Virus record (IMG/VR): IMGVR_UViG_3300045988_108212
Span: 93,286 to 157,285 of that record
DNA: 64,000 bases
Strand: one strand, 5' to 3'
From: a virus
The position numbers and the translations under genes are program-made. Positions 15,684 through 25,822 of the stretch are shown here, piece after piece. The stretch's first letter is position 1; every line of letters begins with the position of its first letter. The notes beneath the pieces are model-generated. The model was not told where the DNA came from. It saw only the letters and a program-made list of their open reading frames with translations, and searched no databases.

Positions 15684-16406
15684 TTATCCTGTCATCTGCT
15701 TCTCAAACAACTGTCTTTCCAACGCACCAAAATCATAATCACGATCACATTCCAAGTGTGCAAGGTTCGTTACCTTTGGCTTTTGTTTAGCGTTCTTCTT
15801 AGCCTGATTTCGTTCCCAGTTTCGTACTGCTGCCTTCCAGTCTTGCATCTTGCTATTGCCCATCATCCAATCTTTGGCTGTGTAATAATCCACAAACTCT
15901 TCTGGATCAATCCCATTGTTTCTTTGTTGACAATATCTGGAGACTTGCTCGCAATCAGGCGGTGTGAATCGCTTTATATTATTATTATTATATTTATTAT
16001 TATTCTTTACTTTCTTTTTATGTGTCGCTTCTGCGTCGTTTTGGTGTCGTTTCTGTGTAGCTTGTTCGTCTACAAAACCTTGATAAACACTGTAATTTAC
16101 TATGGTTATGACCGTCTTTTTAGTGTCGCTTTTTACATGTATGATACTGTCGTTTTCCAGTGTCTTTAAAAATTTGATAACCTTTGAATTACTCCACCCC
16201 CATCGATCACACAATCTTCTGATCGAAGTAACCATCGATCCTCGCTCGACTATTTCTAAGTTTCCATCAACATACTTAGGTTGATTATTATAACCTGCGA
16301 GAATAAGTAAGTCAATCATTGCTTGTCCTCTGGCAAATGGTTTGTCTTCCCATAGCCAATGATCTGTAATTTTCCGATGGAGTTTGATCCATCCTGTGTT
16401 ACTCAT
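15684..16406 (-). CDS. phage replisome organizer / DnaD-like replication protein
   Basis: N-terminus WIKLHRKITDHWLWEDKPFARGQAMIDLLILA. The C-terminus FVDYYTAKDWMMGNSKMQDWKAAVRNWERN matches the conserved phage C-terminal DnaD-type domain. Confidence 0.75.
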   Translation of the reverse strand: MSNTGWIKLHRKITDHWLWEDKPFARGQAMIDLLILAGYNNQPKYVDGNLEIVERGSMVTSIRRLCDRWGWSNSKVIKFLKTLENDSIIHVKSDTKKTVITIVNYSVYQGFVDEQATQKRHQNDAEATHKKKVKNNNKYNNNNIKRFTPPDCEQVSRYCQQRNNGIDPEEFVDYYTAKDWMMGNSKMQDWKAAVRNWERNQAKKNAKQKPKVTNLAHLECDRDYDFGALERQLFEKQMTG

Positions 16407-16446
16407 GGCATCACTCCCCTCTATATATGGAGATAAAATTCTCCTT

Positions 16447-16692
16447 TCACTGTTTTAAATGCTCACCTGTTAATTCATCAATTGCATAATGTGTCATAAA
16501 TTCATCATAGCTCATTATACGTTTACCACAGTCACAGCATGTCATACATTTATTATATGTGCAGCATTCAGTAATTTCTTCATCTTGAAAATGTCCATCA
16601 AAACTATATATATCGGTTCCATTAGCTTTAAACCTAACAGCCATTCCACGATCACTTCCGCAGTGCGGACATTTTGTTATTTGTTTTCTCAT
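16447..16692 (-). CDS. zinc-ribbon protein
   Basis: CPHCGS ... CCDCGK cysteine pairs; overlaps the upstream stop. Confidence 0.65.
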   Translation of the reverse strand: MRKQITKCPHCGSDRGMAVRFKANGTDIYSFDGHFQDEEITECCTYNKCMTCCDCGKRIMSYDEFMTHYAIDELTGEHLKQ

Positions 16693-17063
16693 TTAGCACC
16701 TCCTTCTGATTCTATCTCTTCAATTTCATTTTGTTTAATCCAACGATCAGAAATTTCAGCCAACATATTAATATACAAAACAGGAAAATTTCCATTATAA
16801 ATCTCTTTACGTTCTTTGTAAAACCTCAACAACTTATCATCGCTCCAATTTTTGTATTGATTCTTTGCGAAATTTTCTTTCTTCATATTTTCATGCTCTC
16901 GAATCCATCGTTGACCGATTTCATCCAGAACTATATATTGCTCAGAAAAAGTTCTATCGCTTCTTATTCCATGTGATTTTGCTTGAAGATTTAACTTTCC
17001 CTGCTCTAACAGTTCTTCGTCTGTATATTCAGACATGCACTTGTGGTCATTTAAATCCACCAT
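16689..17063 (-). CDS. hypothetical protein
   Basis: 124-aa ORF with GGGAGGCGG SD. Confidence 0.7.
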   Translation of the reverse strand: MVDLNDHKCMSEYTDEELLEQGKLNLQAKSHGIRSDRTFSEQYIVLDEIGQRWIREHENMKKENFAKNQYKNWSDDKLLRFYKERKEIYNGNFPVLYINMLAEISDRWIKQNEIEEIESEGGAK

Positions 17064-17091
17064 CTATACCGCCTCCCATCAAATTTTCGTT

Positions 17092-17820
17092 TTATTCTTC
17101 ATCAAGTTCCATATGATTTACATCAACAGGATTCTCTAATTTTAAAATATCTTCTTTCTGTTCTACAAGAGCCTGTTGAGCTATTGCATTAATTTTATTC
17201 TGTGCAAAAGCCTCGATTTCTCCTTTAGCTTCTGTAATTGTTTTGTCTATCTGATTTTGGAATTGATCAAAGATAAATTTTGAACTAGATTCCATACCTT
17301 GAGTCACGTTGGCAAGTCTTCTCAGAATCATTTCTCGATCACCTTTTCCAATAGATTTCTTCGTAGTAAAAAGCTCCTTGACTTCATCATAAAATTCTTT
17401 TGCATCGCTCATACGCTCGTTCATACACTCTTTAAATTCATTTGTTATCTGCTGTCTTTTATTGATAAAATCCGCTTCGTTAATACGTCCTTTACCACGT
17501 AAATATTTAATAGTACATGGAGTACCTGTTCCAACATTCATAGAAGTAATTAATTCCGCAAATTGTGATTGCGACATTTCTACTTCCAGAATCTCATCTT
17601 CTCCAACATACCAATCATCATTGAGTCCCCTTGTAACCACACCTTCCCTTAATACCATATGGATTGTATCGTTATGCTGAATGCTACTGCCAAATAAATT
17701 GCTATGCCCGCCATGAGTACGATTGAATGATAACATTCCAAATGATGGGTGTTTATATGATGTTCCAAGAGCATCTTCTGATATTATATAATCTCCTTCT
17801 TTCCTAGCATTTTCTCTCAT
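17092..17820 (-). CDS. hypothetical protein
   Basis: 242-aa ORF with a conserved-looking N-half (SFGMLSFNRTHGG..LFGSSI..EVEMSQSQFAELITSMN); family not recalled. Confidence 0.7.
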   Translation of the reverse strand: MRENARKEGDYIISEDALGTSYKHPSFGMLSFNRTHGGHSNLFGSSIQHNDTIHMVLREGVVTRGLNDDWYVGEDEILEVEMSQSQFAELITSMNVGTGTPCTIKYLRGKGRINEADFINKRQQITNEFKECMNERMSDAKEFYDEVKELFTTKKSIGKGDREMILRRLANVTQGMESSSKFIFDQFQNQIDKTITEAKGEIEAFAQNKINAIAQQALVEQKEDILKLENPVDVNHMELDEE

Positions 17821-17844
17821 TTATCCAATTTCCTTTCCATTTGC

Positions 17845-18228
17845 TTATTTATTTGCCCAGTTAACTTGAATATCATATTCATCACATAATTCTCTGAATA
17901 TTTCCGTTGTTACTAAGAATTTTCCTTGACAAAAATTGTTAGCTACAAGTCCTAAGTTACTTTTGTATCCATCGACGAAAATATCCGATAGAGAACCATC
18001 ATAATCTATAATACAATCTTCTTCAACCATTTGTAGAAACTCTTTTCCACTGAATAGATCATAAATATTATAGGTACAATGCATATCTTTTATCATATCA
18101 TCTGTTAAAACACCATGATATAACCTTCTTAAATCTTCAAGCTGCCATACCCTATGCATCATTCCATCTTTACCATAAGCAAAATCTATATCTCCTTTTG
18201 ATATAAATTTCTTTTCTTTATCTTCCAC
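17845..18228 (-). CDS. hypothetical protein
   Basis: 127-aa ORF. Confidence 0.65.
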   Translation of the reverse strand: MEDKEKKFISKGDIDFAYGKDGMMHRVWQLEDLRRLYHGVLTDDMIKDMHCTYNIYDLFSGKEFLQMVEEDCIIDYDGSLSDIFVDGYKSNLGLVANNFCQGKFLVTTEIFRELCDEYDIQVNWANK

Positions 18229-18312
18229 CTACTCTCATCCCTTTCTATATTTTTAAAGCATACCATTACAAAAAATGATATGCTTTAACTTGTTCTATCT
18301 TATTAAGTTGCT

Positions 18313-19098
18313 CTAAAATTCATCCCATTCTTCGTCAATTACTAACCCAAATGCAGGATGATATTCTGCATCACAAACTACATGATCTTTATACATTCTA
18401 TATCCTTTTTCAAGAACATATTTTACAGGGAACGGACATTCAAACATATCCAAATCTCCATCTTTAATTGCTTCGTCTAACTTACATTCTGGAATTGCAA
18501 GGATAGAATGTCCAGAATCAGCAAAATAATAATTGAATTCTTTTAATTCCTCTGGAAGTCCTTTATAATTATCTTTCTTTGCTCCGTGAAGATCTTCTAC
18601 ACTTCTACGAATTGTATTTGTTTCTACTTTTTCTTCTGTCGGCTGATCATCTTTGTCATCAAAAACTGACCATGCCAATGTTCTGCAAAAATCCCCTGAC
18701 CAGTTTGAGATTATGGTACAAAATGGCGTTGGAATATCTACAATGAATGGCAGTTCTGGGTGATATTCACCCAAGGATTTTCCAAACAAATCTTTGTACG
18801 CACACTCTATTGATCTCATTGCAAGGGATAATCCGCTTCTATCTTTGCATCCTACTGTTGTCAGCAATACAATATTTTTGCCTTCAGCTTCTAATATAAC
18901 TTCTGCACAATAGAAAGCTCCATCCGCAGTAATATGCAATTTAGTTTCATCCATAAACGGTACTGTGTAATTAGATGATACATTCCTATCAAATTCAATA
19001 AGCTCTCTCATTCTAGTTCTTATTTCACTACTGATTTCCTCTGAATAAGATTTTCTCATATGCCCTGTCAACAGAGTATAATGATTAATATATTCCAT
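18313..19098 (-). CDS. hypothetical protein
   Basis: 261-aa ORF whose start abuts the upstream gene's stop. Confidence 0.7.
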   Translation of the reverse strand: MEYINHYTLLTGHMRKSYSEEISSEIRTRMRELIEFDRNVSSNYTVPFMDETKLHITADGAFYCAEVILEAEGKNIVLLTTVGCKDRSGLSLAMRSIECAYKDLFGKSLGEYHPELPFIVDIPTPFCTIISNWSGDFCRTLAWSVFDDKDDQPTEEKVETNTIRRSVEDLHGAKKDNYKGLPEELKEFNYYFADSGHSILAIPECKLDEAIKDGDLDMFECPFPVKYVLEKGYRMYKDHVVCDAEYHPAFGLVIDEEWDEF

Positions 19099-20087
19099 TA
19101 CTTGTCCACCTTAACCCTTCTCATTTCTCTGACTTCTTTTTTATACTGTTCGATAGCATCAAGTGCATTTTCAGTATAACAAAAATCATACTTTTTCGCA
19201 AAGTTATTTACAGACCTGTAATTGGCTATAGGTACTTCCACACACCCTTTATCCCGACTATACCGATTATTCATAATTTTCCTTGTAGCATTGTAAATTT
19301 CATTACTCCTTGCGCTCCAACGCAATGTTAGAACTTTATCTTCTGAATCGTAATTAATCCAACGAGTGTTTTCTTTTTTATAATTTCCACTGATTGCCAT
19401 TTCTGTAATTTCACTATCATGAATACAAATTGCAAACCCATTCTGCAATAAGCCATGTCCAATTTCTGCTACTCTATCAGCATAATTTCCGCTTTTCTCG
19501 GTCAGACAACGACACCAACAACAATCATCTTCATTCCATCTATAATCTTTTGATTTAACCAAATTGATGAAGTCCTGATCTTTCAGATAAAACAGGCATA
19601 TTTTATCAAGTTTTTTAACAATTTCCACAACACCTTCATGTTCTAATCTTTCTGGTGCCACAGCATCAATACTAATGATTCTTTCTCGACGTTCTTTCTC
19701 CCTCTTAGTTCGTTTATATTTTCGCAGAAAATCTTGTTTACTAATAAATCGGTCTAAGTCTAACCAAAAAGAAGCTGTCGTTTCATTCTCAATAATAGAT
19801 TGTGCCGTTCTGTCGTTTTCAAACTCATTGTAAAAACCCAATCGAATGGTATTACCCCATGCTACTTGTTTTTCCGTTCCTGTTAGGTTTGGAAATCCGT
19901 ATTCTTCTGATAGTTCTTTAGACTTTTTGTTTTCTTCTGCAATTTTTCTTTCTTTTTCTTCTTTTGCACATTTCGGACATAAATGAGAAAAAGCATAGTC
20001 AGCTTTTCTCTGTCTTTCACTCATTTTTCCAATCACATTTACTACGCCATCATGCCCACAAGCGTAAGTACCTTCATATTTAGCCAT
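19098..20087 (-). CDS. hypothetical protein with N-terminal zinc ribbon
   Basis: YACGHDG..HLCPKCAKEE. The preferred start is MAKYEG after AAAGGGG (the ORF track begins at 20111). Confidence 0.7.
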   Translation of the reverse strand: MAKYEGTYACGHDGVVNVIGKMSERQRKADYAFSHLCPKCAKEEKERKIAEENKKSKELSEEYGFPNLTGTEKQVAWGNTIRLGFYNEFENDRTAQSIIENETTASFWLDLDRFISKQDFLRKYKRTKREKERRERIISIDAVAPERLEHEGVVEIVKKLDKICLFYLKDQDFINLVKSKDYRWNEDDCCWCRCLTEKSGNYADRVAEIGHGLLQNGFAICIHDSEITEMAISGNYKKENTRWINYDSEDKVLTLRWSARSNEIYNATRKIMNNRYSRDKGCVEVPIANYRSVNNFAKKYDFCYTENALDAIEQYKKEVREMRRVKVDK

Positions 20088-20115
20088 ACTTACCCCTTTC
20101 CTTTCTATCAAAGTT

Positions 20116-20619
20116 TCATTTTATCTTATGATCGTCACATTCCCATACCGCTTCATAGCAGACATCTAACACATCTCTTACGATTTGTTTCCTTTGACTT
20201 AACTTTGCTTCTGTTTTTTCAATATCCTCTTTATCACGCAATAAATACATATATTTTTGATACGGCATATTTGTATCTGCTAGTTTTTCTTCTATGGCGA
20301 TCCTTTCATCAATTACTTTTCTTAGTTTATTACCTAATTCCTTATTCTTATCTTTAAGCGCTTTGATAATTGCATATCCATACATTCTTTGATATTTAGA
20401 CTCAAATTTTCCATCTTTGAATTCATAACGATCCTCAACCTTGCAGGCATCTAAAATCTTATCTCCGTTTTCTCTGCACTCATTTAACAATTCTAATAAA
20501 CTCTGTTCGTTATCAAATGAAGCATAACAAATTTCACCTTCCTTTGTTTCATATATGCAGATATAAGGTTCTGCTGGTTCATAAGCACATGATGCACCAT
20601 CTCTTCTTGTCATCCCCAT
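20116..20619 (-). CDS. hypothetical protein
   Basis: 167-aa ORF. Confidence 0.65.
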   Translation of the reverse strand: MGMTRRDGASCAYEPAEPYICIYETKEGEICYASFDNEQSLLELLNECRENGDKILDACKVEDRYEFKDGKFESKYQRMYGYAIIKALKDKNKELGNKLRKVIDERIAIEEKLADTNMPYQKYMYLLRDKEDIEKTEAKLSQRKQIVRDVLDVCYEAVWECDDHKIK

Positions 20620-20644
20620 TTTATACCATTCCTTTCTAACATAA

Positions 20645-21016
20645 TTATTCTTTACAAGCTACAATGCAAGTTGGATAATTGTAATTATACATTTTTTTAA
20701 ACAAAGATTCCAGCCTTCTGTACACTCCATCTTTTATCATATCTTTTTCCGTTTCTACATTAGAATAAATAACAATATAATCAATGAGTTCATATTTAAG
20801 CTGCTTCATTTTCTGAATATATTGTGTAATGTCCTTTTCCATCAGATCGAAACTGTCTACTTCTGTAAAAAAATAATTTTCTGGAATCCAGTTCATATTC
20901 GCAAAAAGATCTTTTTCTTTATATAATACAATCAAACAATTTTCTGGTGGGCATTGCTTTAATAATCGTGTTAACAATTTGGACTTTCCAATACCCTTTA
21001 ATGTTAATATTTCCAT
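20645..21016 (-). CDS. hypothetical protein
   Basis: ORF with AAGAAGGA SD. The LKGIGKSKL stretch is only a degenerate P-loop and is not called. Confidence 0.6.
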   Translation of the reverse strand: MEILTLKGIGKSKLLTRLLKQCPPENCLIVLYKEKDLFANMNWIPENYFFTEVDSFDLMEKDITQYIQKMKQLKYELIDYIVIYSNVETEKDMIKDGVYRRLESLFKKMYNYNYPTCIVACKE

Positions 21017-21057
21017 TTCTATCATTCCTTCTTATCAAATATTTGTTTCATTACTAT

Positions 21058-21270
21058 TTACTGACATGTGTTTATTAATGCCGTTACTGTGGATTGACAC
21101 AGATTTTTAAAGCATTTTGAACACAAAAAGACTGGATACGTCTCTACATAGTTTCCATCTTTATATTGAAACACAATCTTTTTCATATTCTTATCTTTAT
21201 CCGAAAATTTTCTACACTCAATACAAGCTCCAAATTCATCTGGCAAATCTGCCACATTATATATTTTCAT
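21058..21270 (-). CDS. small Cys-rich (zinc-finger-like) protein
   Basis: CIECRKF ... CSKCFKNLC. Confidence 0.6.
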   Translation of the reverse strand: MKIYNVADLPDEFGACIECRKFSDKDKNMKKIVFQYKDGNYVETYPVFLCSKCFKNLCQSTVTALINTCQ

Positions 21271-21287
21271 AATTATATCACACCTTC

Positions 21288-22382
21288 CTACTCTTCTGAA
21301 ATAATTTCCACCGCTGCTTCGTAAAATCTGTTGTACAAAGTTGTATTTGTTTTAATAAGCTGAGATTTAGACAATCCATGAGCATATTCATCCCAGTTGA
21401 CACCATTCTCTGTCATCTTAGTGTAGATTTTCCGATACACAGACGTTCCACCTTTAGACCTATTTCCAATATGATTAGCATAATTGGTAATCTTGATCTT
21501 CATTTCTTCCCAATCAGGCTGTGCATTTTCTTTGCGGAACTGTCGCAGAAGTTTTTCCAATGAATTGACTAACAGATCAGGATACTTGTCATAGCAAAGA
21601 TCAATCGTTGGTACATTGCCTCTTTCGCTAATATTATACTTCTCTTTGTATTCTTTCCGATCCTGTTCCCACACAATTCCATATGTGTTAGTGAGATACC
21701 TGTATACTTCTTTAAGAATATCTCTCGTAGTAGTTCCTAATTCATCAGATTCTTTTAGAATATCATTAATGATAGAATATACGTTGGATTTCCATTCGTT
21801 AAGTTTGTATTCTGCAATAACACTTTCAGTATCTACTACTGGAATATCTTTCGTAGGTTTACCGATCTGCTTATATAGTTCTTTTCGTTCGGTTTTCATC
21901 TCTTTTACAATGTCCGCCAACTGATTAAAACCTTTGATAGTAACATTGTATAGGCGTTCATTGTTTCTTTCCATCTGCCTCATAAGTTCTGTCTGTTCTG
22001 TAAGAAATTGCTCCACTGTTGTTACGGGAGTTCCTGTTCTTAAATTTCCATGACGATAAGCTCCAATCACATCCCATACCCAATCCATAAAGGCATCAGC
22101 CTTGGGTTGTCTACGTCTTCTACAAATTTCATAAATGCCACGTTCATTATAGATATAACTAGAATAAGATTTTCCATCAGTTGTTTCCAATTTGGTAACA
22201 ACTGAATCTCTATCTAGTCTTTCTTTATTAGCATCGTGAATTTTTGCAATGGCGACTCTAGGATCTTTATATTCTAATGCAAACCCAATCTGTTGTCTGC
22301 TCATCCACAACTGATCCTCAGCACTATAAAAATCACACGCTATATCGTTAAAATTTTCCGTTTTTACTAACTGTAGGTTCAT
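21288..22382 (-). CDS. Bro-N domain / antirepressor-like protein
   Basis: The N-terminus FNDIACDFYSAEDQLWMSRQQIGFALEYKDPRVAIAKIHDANKERL..ERGIYEICRRRRQPKADAFMDWVWDVI fits the Bro-N pattern. Confidence 0.7.
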   Translation of the reverse strand: MNLQLVKTENFNDIACDFYSAEDQLWMSRQQIGFALEYKDPRVAIAKIHDANKERLDRDSVVTKLETTDGKSYSSYIYNERGIYEICRRRRQPKADAFMDWVWDVIGAYRHGNLRTGTPVTTVEQFLTEQTELMRQMERNNERLYNVTIKGFNQLADIVKEMKTERKELYKQIGKPTKDIPVVDTESVIAEYKLNEWKSNVYSIINDILKESDELGTTTRDILKEVYRYLTNTYGIVWEQDRKEYKEKYNISERGNVPTIDLCYDKYPDLLVNSLEKLLRQFRKENAQPDWEEMKIKITNYANHIGNRSKGGTSVYRKIYTKMTENGVNWDEYAHGLSKSQLIKTNTTLYNRFYEAAVEIISEE

Positions 22383-22454
22383 TCTTCATCTTCCTTTCTA
22401 AACTGTCTTATTTTTCTCTACACTCATTATTTTTGTATAACTGTATTCCGTAAA

Positions 22455-22532
22455 CTAATAGAAATAAAATCAACATTTAATTCCAACTATTAGTGTGCCA
22501 ATCCTAATAGAAACCTATTCTATTCCTATTAG
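22455..22532. promoter_or_regulatory. cluster of four CTAATAG/CTATTAG heptamers (operator-like) upstream of the Bro-N gene
   Basis: CTAATAG at 22455 and 22504; its reverse complement CTATTAG at 22487 and 22526. Confidence 0.4.
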
Positions 22533-22601
22533 TTCTCTATATAATCAACACCTTACCTATTAACAATTCTATGCTTAGTTAATCATTAATTTGTGTATAA
22601 T

Positions 22602-22636
22602 AAATTTGACAAAGAACCGACCTGCCAAATCGGTTC
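22602..22636 (-). terminator. terminator hairpin (second of tandem pair)
   Basis: The minus strand reads GAACCGA-N9-TCGGTTC followed by TTTGTCAAATTT. Confidence 0.5.
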
Positions 22637-22653
22637 CTGCCAAATATTTCCGT

Positions 22654-22683
22654 AAAATAAAAAGAACCTTCCGTTCGGTTCTT
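22654..22683 (-). terminator. rho-independent terminator
   Basis: The minus strand reads AAGAACC-N8-GGTTCTT followed by TTTATTTT, downstream of the 22705 gene. Confidence 0.7.
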
Positions 22684-22704
22684 TGCCAAAATTATTATAT
22701 GGAA

Positions 22705-22941
22705 TTATTTAATAAATGCCGTTCCTATTTTTATAATAAACCAAGTCCATAAAATAATAGTAGTTGGTTTATCAATAACTCCTATTGTATCATCTAGTAA
22801 GTCAGTATATTTCTTTAAGTTTGTATTGTAATATTCATCAATTAATTTCAGAGCTGCATTAACAATAAAAACAATAGTCTCTAATGTAATCATTACTCCT
22901 ACAAATACATCTGAATACCGAATAATCTGTTCTAATTCCAT
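22705..22941 (-). CDS. small membrane protein (2 TM)
   Basis: Hydrophobic segments VFVGVMITLETIVFIVNAAL and TIILWTWFIIKIGTAFI. Confidence 0.6.
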   Translation of the reverse strand: MELEQIIRYSDVFVGVMITLETIVFIVNAALKLIDEYYNTNLKKYTDLLDDTIGVIDKPTTIILWTWFIIKIGTAFIK

Positions 22942-24284
22942 ACTTCATCATCCTCATCTTCATTATCATATAAATTTTCCACAGGTGCCGTCTGTTGGAA
23001 CATATCTGTTGGAGATAGGTTTCTAGCCTCGCACATTGCACAAAAGACTTTCAATACCTTATCCCATTCATGTTCTTGAATCCACTGAAGAAATGGTTTC
23101 TTTCCACGTTTCTTAACATCAATCTGATATTTATACTGTAAGTTCTTATAAAGCTCATTCCACATAACAGAGAATTGCGTTCCTGTTACCGCAGCCAACT
23201 TCCTAATCCCAGCGTTCATCTTATTGCGATCATCCCATGTTAAAATTTCCGCTGCTAATAACTTGTTATCATTCTGCAACTTCTGATTCTCTTCTTTAAG
23301 TTCTTTATTTTGTGTTCGCAGATCGGTTACCATAGCAAGCTTGACATCCTCAGAAAATGACGGGAAGTAGTGTTCAATGAACTGTGACTCTTTCCCAAAG
23401 TCAACTGCACCGCCTGTCTTACGGATGTTTTTAAGATATTCTTTAATCTGTTTCTTCATCTGCTTTGCAATCGGCTTACGTGATTGCATACACACTTCAT
23501 AGAGTCCATCTTCTGTGAGAAACCAAAATGGAACTTTAGTTTTTCCATCAGTGTCTAATTGACCTAAATTCTGAGTGCCAAGATTGTTGGCAGTCAAAAT
23601 TTTAGTCTTAAATTTTTCATCTGAATCAACAGATTGTAACATCATGTCTGTCTTATATTTTCCATTATCTCTCTTACTGTAATCAATCCATTCTGCAACA
23701 TCTCTCGCAAGGAATAACGGATCTTCAATACTTCTATACAGATCAATTCGTCTGCCTAAAATTTCCGTTGTGTCAACAAGCTGCACACCTGCCTCTACCT
23801 GTTCTTGTTCTCTCTGTTCTTCTATCGTGATATAATCGTTGATAAAAACATAATATCTTACGCTCTCAGCAAGGTTTGAAGTTTCCATCAGTAAAGATAA
23901 TCTGATTAAGCATTTAAGAGTGAACACCTTAGCACCCTTATAACCGAATGAGATATTTAATCCGTTCGGATACGTTACCATGATTCTTCCCTTCTGTTTT
24001 TCCGTTGTTGCATCCTGACCATCAATAATCTCCTGCACTGTCTTAACTTCCATCCCATCTTCCAAAAATTCTTTACGATACTTCGTACACAATCGTTTGA
24101 CTTCCTCAACATCTCCATCAAAAAATCGTGCTACCTGTTCCGTAGTGATATAATCTCGTCCAGGGAGCCACGGAATCGGCTTGATCGTAACTTGTTTTAA
24201 AAGTTCTGTGTTCTGCACCAGTTCATCTCTCTTTGCCTTATCCAAAATTGGATCGCAAGGGATTTCCATTTCGTTTAGATTCAT
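22932..24284 (-). CDS. antirepressor-like protein (Bro-N/KilA-type middle domain)
   Basis: DPLFLARDVAEWIDYSKRDNGKYKTDMML..WFLTEDGLYEVCMQSRKPIAKQMKKQI. The preferred start is MNLNEM after AAAGGTGGAATTAATT. Confidence 0.6.
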   Translation of the reverse strand: MNLNEMEIPCDPILDKAKRDELVQNTELLKQVTIKPIPWLPGRDYITTEQVARFFDGDVEEVKRLCTKYRKEFLEDGMEVKTVQEIIDGQDATTEKQKGRIMVTYPNGLNISFGYKGAKVFTLKCLIRLSLLMETSNLAESVRYYVFINDYITIEEQREQEQVEAGVQLVDTTEILGRRIDLYRSIEDPLFLARDVAEWIDYSKRDNGKYKTDMMLQSVDSDEKFKTKILTANNLGTQNLGQLDTDGKTKVPFWFLTEDGLYEVCMQSRKPIAKQMKKQIKEYLKNIRKTGGAVDFGKESQFIEHYFPSFSEDVKLAMVTDLRTQNKELKEENQKLQNDNKLLAAEILTWDDRNKMNAGIRKLAAVTGTQFSVMWNELYKNLQYKYQIDVKKRGKKPFLQWIQEHEWDKVLKVFCAMCEARNLSPTDMFQQTAPVENLYDNEDEDDEVWN

Positions 24285-24380
24285 AATTAATTCCACCTTT
24301 CTTATGTAAAAATTTGTATAAAAAAAGACACTCTGGAATTTTCCATAAGTATCCTAGTTACCTATATTAATTTGTATTCA

Positions 24381-24908
24381 CTATAATTCTAGTTCATCAA
24401 TTTCTGGCGTATCGGAATGATCCATTTCCCTTAGTTCTTCAATGCTAGTTCCTAATGACATAATAGCCAATTTGAATTGTTCGGGATCAACATATCCCGC
24501 AGGTCTATGCCAAAAATTTTTAGCGAAGTCTGGATTATCTTCTTTTTCCCATTCATAAGCTCTGTGAAATGCTTCATCATATAGTAGTCTAGCTCGTGTT
24601 GGCAGCTTCATCGGATCATATCCTCTACTTTGCTGTCTATAATCTTCTATTATGTTATCCCAGCTAAGATCATCAGGAATCTTTTCTATTATGTATACTT
24701 CTTGTAAAGCTTCTTCAGGTACATCAGGATAATAAACTAAAGCATATCTTTCGTTTCCATCCTTAATGTATTTGTATACTTCATGTTCTAGGTCTGGAAG
24801 TGCCGTATATTCTAATCCGCTTTCTTTTAGTTCCTTTACCCAATTTCTTATAGAAGATGCTTGTCTCCACACATCTTTTCCATAATGCTTGAATTTATTC
24901 ATATTCAT
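24381..24908 (-). CDS. hypothetical protein
   Basis: ORF with GGAAGGAG SD before the internal ATG. Confidence 0.65.
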   Translation of the reverse strand: MNMNKFKHYGKDVWRQASSIRNWVKELKESGLEYTALPDLEHEVYKYIKDGNERYALVYYPDVPEEALQEVYIIEKIPDDLSWDNIIEDYRQQSRGYDPMKLPTRARLLYDEAFHRAYEWEKEDNPDFAKNFWHRPAGYVDPEQFKLAIMSLGTSIEELREMDHSDTPEIDELEL

Positions 24909-24954
24909 AACTCCTTCCATATATAATCTGCTTTATCAAATAATATTTTCCATT

Positions 24955-25125
24955 CTATCTTCCGTTCCAAAGATCGGAAAAAAACTTATAAATCCCATAC
25001 AGAATAGCAACAAATGCTATAACCATTAAAATTCCATAGCCACCACCTAAGATAGCTCCTAACATATATTCCAAACTATCCTCTGGAACGATAAATATAA
25101 TTATTAATAATAAAACCAACGGCAT
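24955..25125 (-). CDS. small membrane protein (56 aa; below ORF-track cutoff)
   Basis: AAAGGAGAATAAATT-ATG. The product MPLVLLLIIIFIVPEDSLEYMLGAILGGGYGILMVIAFVAILYGIYKFFSDLWNGR has two hydrophobic helices. Confidence 0.55.
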   Translation of the reverse strand: MPLVLLLIIIFIVPEDSLEYMLGAILGGGYGILMVIAFVAILYGIYKFFSDLWNGR

Positions 25126-25233
25126 AATTTATTCTCCTTTGCTTTGTTCTTGAAGTTTCTCTGATCATCTGGTATCTCAACCAATATGTATATATTATCA
25201 TTTTCTTCAACCATCGTAAACAGTCCGTAGAAA

Positions 25234-25428
25234 TTACACTTCACTTTCCTCTACCTCACTTGCGAATAACTTGTACTCATAGTCGTAACCACCGCCATCA
25301 CAAGGTATATCAATATCTCCTGTATTAATCTTTTCCGCTACAATATTTCTTGCTTCGTCCTCTGTTTCTGCTTTGATTTCAACTGATCTCTTATATGTTT
25401 CTACAACATCTATTATATATTTTTTCAT
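25234..25428 (-). CDS. hypothetical protein
   Basis: GGAAGGATGGAAATTTAC-ATG; no family. Confidence 0.6.
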   Translation of the reverse strand: MKKYIIDVVETYKRSVEIKAETEDEARNIVAEKINTGDIDIPCDGGGYDYEYKLFASEVEESEV

Positions 25429-25445
25429 GTAAATTTCCATCCTTC

Positions 25446-25787
25446 CTATTGTTTTTCTAGTGCTTCAATAAAAGTCTTATACATAAGAATATCTTGCTTA
25501 AGACAGTTCTCAAAGACCACTTTGCCTTTTTGATTAAGAAATAAATCAGAAGAAAGATTTTGTAATCGTATTTCATAATTTTTCTTTCGTCTATTTAATT
25601 TTTCCAACAATTCTTCTCGTGTTCCACATTGTCGGATGTCGGGACCTAAGCTACTATTTAATTCCATATCATTTCCATACCAATAGAAATTTCTTTTTGA
25701 GTCTGGGCTGCATACCAATTTACATACTACACCAAGACCATCTGGTTTGGTCGTTGTTCCATAATTTGATTCTACTAAAACTCTCAT
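25446..25787 (-). CDS. hypothetical protein
   Basis: GGAAGGATGGAAATAATC-ATG; no family. Confidence 0.65.
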   Translation of the reverse strand: MRVLVESNYGTTTKPDGLGVVCKLVCSPDSKRNFYWYGNDMELNSSLGPDIRQCGTREELLEKLNRRKKNYEIRLQNLSSDLFLNQKGKVVFENCLKQDILMYKTFIEALEKQ

Positions 25788-25822
25788 GATTATTTCCATC
25801 CTTCCTACGATAAAATTGACAT

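Noticed and set aside
20645-21016. A P-loop NTPase call based on 'LKGIGKSKL'.
   Set aside because: The sequence does not satisfy GxxxxGK[ST], and no Walker B motif follows. At 123 aa the protein is too small for an NTPase domain.
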